From: Candidatus Dojkabacteria bacterium
GTDB taxonomy: Bacteria > Patescibacteriota > Dojkabacteria > SC72
Reading direction: 5' to 3'
Length of the DNA: 58,082 bases
Assembly (NCBI GenBank): GCA_028694805.1
Contig: JAQVKD010000002.1
Span: forward strand, 1 to 58,082
A program made the position numbers and the translations under genes. The notes beneath the pieces were generated by a model. It made no database searches. It was not told where the DNA came from and saw only the letters and a list, made by a program, of their open reading frames with translations. Position 1 is the stretch's first letter; the number at the start of each line of letters is the position of its first letter. This document shows, one piece after another, positions 54,215 through 58,082 of this stretch.

Positions 54215-55660
54215 TTATTTCTTCTCTATAGTATATCCATCTTTAGTATCTATCATATGGTATCCCATATTTTCAATTTCATCTCTTTTTCTATCTGCCT
54301 CTTCATAATTCTTACTATTTCTAGCCTCTATACGCTCATTAGCAAGCTTTAAAACTTCTTCTGGGATATCTAATTCTTTCTTTTCTACCTCCTCCTTTAG
54401 ATTCAATCCTAATACCCTATCAAAATCATATACTGTAGTTAATATATCTTGAGGTTTTTCATCTGATTTAATCATTTCTGATATTACTCCTAATGCTCCG
54501 GATATATTTAAGTTGTTGTTTAGTTCATCTATAAATTTCTGTTTATAATCCTCGAGTATATTTCCTTCCTCACTACTCTGTTTGTATAGGGCTTTTAATT
54601 TTGAAATAAGAGATAGCCTTGCATTCCTAGCACCCTCTAGAGATTCTTTTGTATATTTAAGCTGTACACGATAGTTTACAGATACAAATAGATACCTAAT
54701 ATCCATTGGATCAAATCCAAGACTTAAAGCATCAGATAAGTTTGCACCTTTACCACTACTTTTAGATATTTTAATATCTTCTACACCTGTTAAGAAGTCG
54801 TTATGTACCCAGTATTGTACAGATGGATGTCCGAATGCTCCGATATTTTGAGCTCTTTCATTTGGATGGTGTACAGAGATATGATCTATACCACCTGTAT
54901 GTATATCAAATTTTTCACCCAATACAGATGTAGACATTGCAGAACACTCTATATGCCATCCTGGAAATCCATCTCCCCATGGAGATTCCCAATGCATCAT
55001 ATGGTTTTCGTATTTACCAACTCTTTTCATCCAAAGTACAAAATCTGCAGGATGTTTTTTTTCTGGATCTACACCAACCTCTTCTCTTACTCCTTCCTGT
55101 TTTTCTTCAAGAGATTGGTTGGTAAATATATTGTAATCATCTAATTTTGTTACATCGAAGTATAGAGCTTGTTTTGTTTCGTATGTATATCCATTTTCTT
55201 TCATCTTTTTAATCATGGATATTATCTGATCTATGTATGAGGTTGCTCTTGTCCATCCTTCTTCTTCTAGTTTTGATAGGTCCATATTAGGATCTACTTT
55301 ATTCCCTTTAGGAGAGAGAATGTTCATTGTAGAGAAATCTTCAAGTACTGTTCTAATATATTCATTAGATATATTTAATGGATCTTTTCCTTCTTTTTGA
55401 GCTTGTGTTTCTACCTTATCTTCACCAAAATCTTCGTCAGCAGTCATATGTCCTACATCAGTCAAATTCATTATTCTGTCTACTTCATATCCCATATATT
55501 TTAGTGCTCTGTATAGTACATCCCAGTCTACATATGCCCTTATATTCCCTATATGCATCCTAAAATATACTGTTGGTCCACAGTTATATATACTAAACCT
55601 CCCTTCTTTTAGAGGTTTAATATCTACAACTTTTTTATCTAGTGTGTTGTATAGTTTCAT
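54215..55660 (-). CDS. cysS: Cysteine--tRNA ligase
   Basis: CGPTVYFRMHIGN (HIGH), GWHIECSAM, and KISKSSGK (KMSKS) are present. Confidence 0.95.
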   Translation of the reverse strand: MKLYNTLDKKVVDIKPLKEGRFSIYNCGPTVYFRMHIGNIRAYVDWDVLYRALKYMGYEVDRIMNLTDVGHMTADEDFGEDKVETQAQKEGKDPLNISNEYIRTVLEDFSTMNILSPKGNKVDPNMDLSKLEEEGWTRATSYIDQIISMIKKMKENGYTYETKQALYFDVTKLDDYNIFTNQSLEEKQEGVREEVGVDPEKKHPADFVLWMKRVGKYENHMMHWESPWGDGFPGWHIECSAMSTSVLGEKFDIHTGGIDHISVHHPNERAQNIGAFGHPSVQYWVHNDFLTGVEDIKISKSSGKGANLSDALSLGFDPMDIRYLFVSVNYRVQLKYTKESLEGARNARLSLISKLKALYKQSSEEGNILEDYKQKFIDELNNNLNISGALGVISEMIKSDEKPQDILTTVYDFDRVLGLNLKEEVEKKELDIPEEVLKLANERIEARNSKNYEEADRKRDEIENMGYHMIDTKDGYTIEKK

Positions 55661-55701
55661 ATATTTGATTATTTTACATTGTATTTATGAAGATTTCCAT
55701 T

Positions 55702-55923
55702 AGGAGGTCTGCCCTAGGTCCGACCCCAATTTGATTTATCTAAATCGTTAAGTAAGCCTGTAGATACAGCACAAAACAATTCCTATAGGTATAAACATCC
55801 TTATATTTCGATGAGAATAGTTTCGCGTAATTTGATTAAAAAAAGACTAGGTGCATCATACAAACCCTTGTATAATAGAGTTTATCATCCCGATAATAAG
55901 GACAGACCTAGGACAGACCTCCT
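55702..55923. mobile_element. Transposase-less REP pair / MITE-like derivative of the RAYT element
   Basis: The left end is AGGAGGTCTGCCCTAGGTCCGACCCCAAT (55702-55730). The right end is GGACAGACCTAGGACAGACCTCCT (55900-55923), whose reverse complement is AGGAGGTCTGTCCTAGGTCTGTCC. The left end and about 45 nt of adjacent interior are recognisably homologous to 26085-26150. There is no ORF inside. Confidence 0.7.
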
Positions 55924-55943
55924 ACAATCTACAATAAAAAATA

Positions 55944-56738
55944 TCAATCTGCCTTTAATACGTAGTTATTTATAAAATCCAACCCATTATTAACATATTC
56001 ATATAAAATAACCTCTCTACCATCTACTAAAGAAGGATCTAAATAGTCAATTCTAAGAAATATATCATCTTCATCCTCTAGAATAGAAACATATGTTGAA
56101 TCTATAAAAACACTACTACTCCCATTCTTTTTGAAAAATAATTGACTAACACTATCTGTATCATCGGAGTATTCAAAAATCCACAACTGTTTCTGTAATG
56201 TATCTAAACTAGCAGATGGGAAAAAAGATATTAGATAACCATTATCTACTTTAGTAATACCTAAAACATACTCATTACTACCCTCTTTCCATACAAGATC
56301 CTTAAATACCCAATTACGTTCATTTATCTTTAAGGTAAAATCCCCTATATACACAGTATCCCAGACATCACTATCTACAACCTCTTTGGTATCAAAAGAA
56401 CCATTGATAAAAAGATCAGTATTTGAAAATATTACCTTACCATTATCATCTATAGAAATTCTTTGAGTATTAAGCTCTGTATATTTATCAAAATATGAAT
56501 TATCTATACAACCATTAGCATCTATTAACTCTGCCTCTGGACAATCATTAGAGCCTACTGTAGAAACCCATACTCCCTTTACCGATGTTATATCCAAAAC
56601 CTGCTGATCATTACTAAGAAAATATCTATTAGCTAAAAAATATGTTACCAGAGAAAGTAAACATATCAATGTAAAAACTAAAAGATATCCATCCTGTTCT
56701 AGAAAATTTTTTACTTTCCTACTCTTTTTTCTAGACAT
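55944..56738 (-). CDS. Membrane-anchored hypothetical protein
   Basis: 264 aa with a basic N-terminus, one TM (LLVFTLICLLSLVTYFL) and an extracytoplasmic domain. Confidence 0.55.
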   Translation of the reverse strand: MSRKKSRKVKNFLEQDGYLLVFTLICLLSLVTYFLANRYFLSNDQQVLDITSVKGVWVSTVGSNDCPEAELIDANGCIDNSYFDKYTELNTQRISIDDNGKVIFSNTDLFINGSFDTKEVVDSDVWDTVYIGDFTLKINERNWVFKDLVWKEGSNEYVLGITKVDNGYLISFFPSASLDTLQKQLWIFEYSDDTDSVSQLFFKKNGSSSVFIDSTYVSILEDEDDIFLRIDYLDPSLVDGREVILYEYVNNGLDFINNYVLKAD

Positions 56739-56755
56739 TAGGCAGTATATATAAT

Positions 56756-57379
56756 TTAAATGTTTCTTCTTCCCTCTAAAGCTCTCTTTAATGTTAATCT
56801 ATCAGCATATTCTAAATCAGCGCCAGTTGGTAAACCCATAGCTAATCTTGTTATCAATATTGTACCCTCTTTAACCTCTTTTGAAAACATATCATGAATA
56901 TAGCTAGCACTAGCCTCACCTTCCAAACTTGGATTTGTTGCCACAATTATTTCAACTTGTTCATTACTCTCCATTAATTCACTAATTCTTTTTTTGAGAT
57001 CCTTAAATCTCAAATCATCTGCACTAATACCCTCTGCTGGAGATATTACACCACCTAAAACAAAATATAGACCATCATATACTGCAGAATTCTCAAAAGC
57101 TATTACATCCAATGACTCTTCAACAATACAAATTTTAGAATTTTTTCTAAGTGGACTACTACATATATCACAAACTTTTTTATCTGAGACATTAAAACAT
57201 TTATCACAAAACATTACATTCTCATCCATGTCATTGAGAGAATCTGCAAGTTTCTTTGCATCATGATTTGGTGATCTAAGATAGTGATATACCATTCTAG
57301 CAGCAGTTTTAGGACCTACTCCTGGTAACTTACTGAATTCATTAATAACTTTTTCTACTGATTGAGGTAGTACAGACAT
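56756..57379 (-). CDS. recR: Recombination protein RecR
   Basis: KLPGVGPKTAARM (HhH), the zinc finger CDKCFNVSDKKVCDICS, and the Toprim ICIVEESLDV are present. The start is taken at MSVLPQS (57379), which avoids overlap with ybaB. Confidence 0.9.
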   Translation of the reverse strand: MSVLPQSVEKVINEFSKLPGVGPKTAARMVYHYLRSPNHDAKKLADSLNDMDENVMFCDKCFNVSDKKVCDICSSPLRKNSKICIVEESLDVIAFENSAVYDGLYFVLGGVISPAEGISADDLRFKDLKKRISELMESNEQVEIIVATNPSLEGEASASYIHDMFSKEVKEGTILITRLAMGLPTGADLEYADRLTLKRALEGRRNI

Positions 57380-57386
57380 ATTTGCT

Positions 57387-57677
57387 TTAGTTAAACATAT
57401 TCTTAAGAGAATCAAGATCCATATTCTGCATCATTTCTTTCTGTAATTTCTTTTGATAGTCTTTAAATGCCTCTTTCATCCTCTTTTTAATTTGCTCTAA
57501 GTCTTCCATTTCTAGAACTTCCTGATCAATATCTATATCTTGAAATTCCTGTGCAGCATTCATATATATTGTTAATAAAGCATCTTTTGATTCTCCTTTA
57601 AGAGTTTTAGATTGTAATTGCTTTTGCATTTTCTTAGCTTCACTTTGAAGTTTGAGCATTTCTCGCATATTTGCCAT
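57387..57677 (-). CDS. ybaB: YbaB/EbfC family nucleoid-associated protein
   Basis: 96 aa. The pattern MLKLQSEAKKMQKQLQ... and its position between dnaX and recR fit YbaB. Confidence 0.8.
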   Translation of the reverse strand: MANMREMLKLQSEAKKMQKQLQSKTLKGESKDALLTIYMNAAQEFQDIDIDQEVLEMEDLEQIKKRMKEAFKDYQKKLQKEMMQNMDLDSLKNMFN

Positions 57678-57734
57678 GTTAAAAAAGTTGATTAAGTAAT
57701 ATATGGATAATTATACATCAAAAGGGAGATAAGG

Positions 57735-58082
57735 CTACATACCTTCAAATATCGCTTCTAAATCAGGTGTTATCTTCTTAGTACTAAATGATCTTTTTTC
57801 ATTAGATACTGTTTGTTTTTTCTTAGCAGGCACTCTTTCTAATACAACATCTGGAGTACTTTTCATACGGGGTTTAGCTTTTTCATTAACGATACATATA
57901 AAGCCTTCGGGTATTTGGAAAAGATCTTTTAAAATTTTACTAATTGCATTTTTACTCTTAGGACAATCTATTTGATCTTTATAGAACTGAAATGGGACTT
58001 CAATATATAACTTACCATCTTCAAATTTAGTTGGTTTAGAGGAACTAAGGAATGCATAAAGATGTTTATGCATAGGTTTAAT
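57735..58082 (-). CDS. dnaX: DNA polymerase III subunit gamma/tau, C-terminal part (5' end outside the window)
   Basis: The reading frame is open to the window edge. The call rests mainly on the conserved dnaX-ybaB-recR synteny. The C-terminal domain itself is poorly conserved. Confidence 0.5.
   Translation of the reverse strand: MKPMHKHLYAFLSSSKPTKFEDGKLYIEVPFQFYKDQIDCPKSKNAISKILKDLFQIPEGFICIVNEKAKPRMKSTPDVVLERVPAKKKQTVSNEKRSFSTKKITPDLEAIFEGM

Noticed and set aside
1-58082. Alternative genetic code (UGA recoding, as in some CPR lineages), CRISPR arrays, prophage, and rRNA genes.
   Set aside because: Long ORFs (1181, 832, 789 and 784 aa) are uninterrupted and abut their neighbours under the standard code. 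I saw no regularly spaced direct repeats, no phage structural or integrase genes, and no rRNA-like conserved segments.

Overview
The window is an AT-rich, very gene-dense bacterial chromosome segment; hand counts of typical 60-nt lines give about 25-32% GC. The gene content is ruvA-ruvB-ruvC with yebC, dnaB, rpmE-prfA-prmC, rpsF-ssb-rpsR, ychF, cca, cysS, rnhC and dnaX-ybaB-recR. It also holds an archaeal-type AMP phosphorylase next to a ribose-1,5-bisphosphate isomerase, many overlapping genes, and many secreted or anchored proteins of unknown function. Together this looks like a small Patescibacteria/CPR-type genome, but that is inference only. There are two tRNAs, Leu-CAA and Ser-TGA. I saw no rRNA, CRISPR array or prophage. 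The first 10 kb is a cell-envelope glycopolymer locus with a TagF-like enzyme, a sortase, three GT2 enzymes and a 1181-aa GT-C-like membrane protein.

The most unusual signal lies inside that locus at 4157-5264. It is a compositionally foreign ~1.1 kb cassette wedged between two convergent GT2 genes. It has a near-consensus promoter, a ~345-nt hairpin-rich leader, a strong AGGAGG Shine-Dalgarno site and a 195-aa membrane-anchored ORF with ~45% GC. It has no intrinsic terminator and ends in a complete type III hammerhead ribozyme motif at 5213-5264. The ribozyme cleavage site sits inside one arm of a 24-nt inverted repeat that brackets the cassette.

Other points of interest:
- a RAYT (REP-associated tyrosine transposase) element with 26-nt inverted REP ends, plus a transposase-less derivative 29 kb away
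- a four-gene secreted-protein cluster reminiscent of Firmicute Csc/WxL surface complexes
- a sortase next to a 76-aa protein that is almost only a signal peptide plus a sorting signal
- a 784-aa protein ending in a J-domain-like HPD module
- an orphan VirD4/TraD-like ATPase
- a 586-bp non-coding gap between convergent genes
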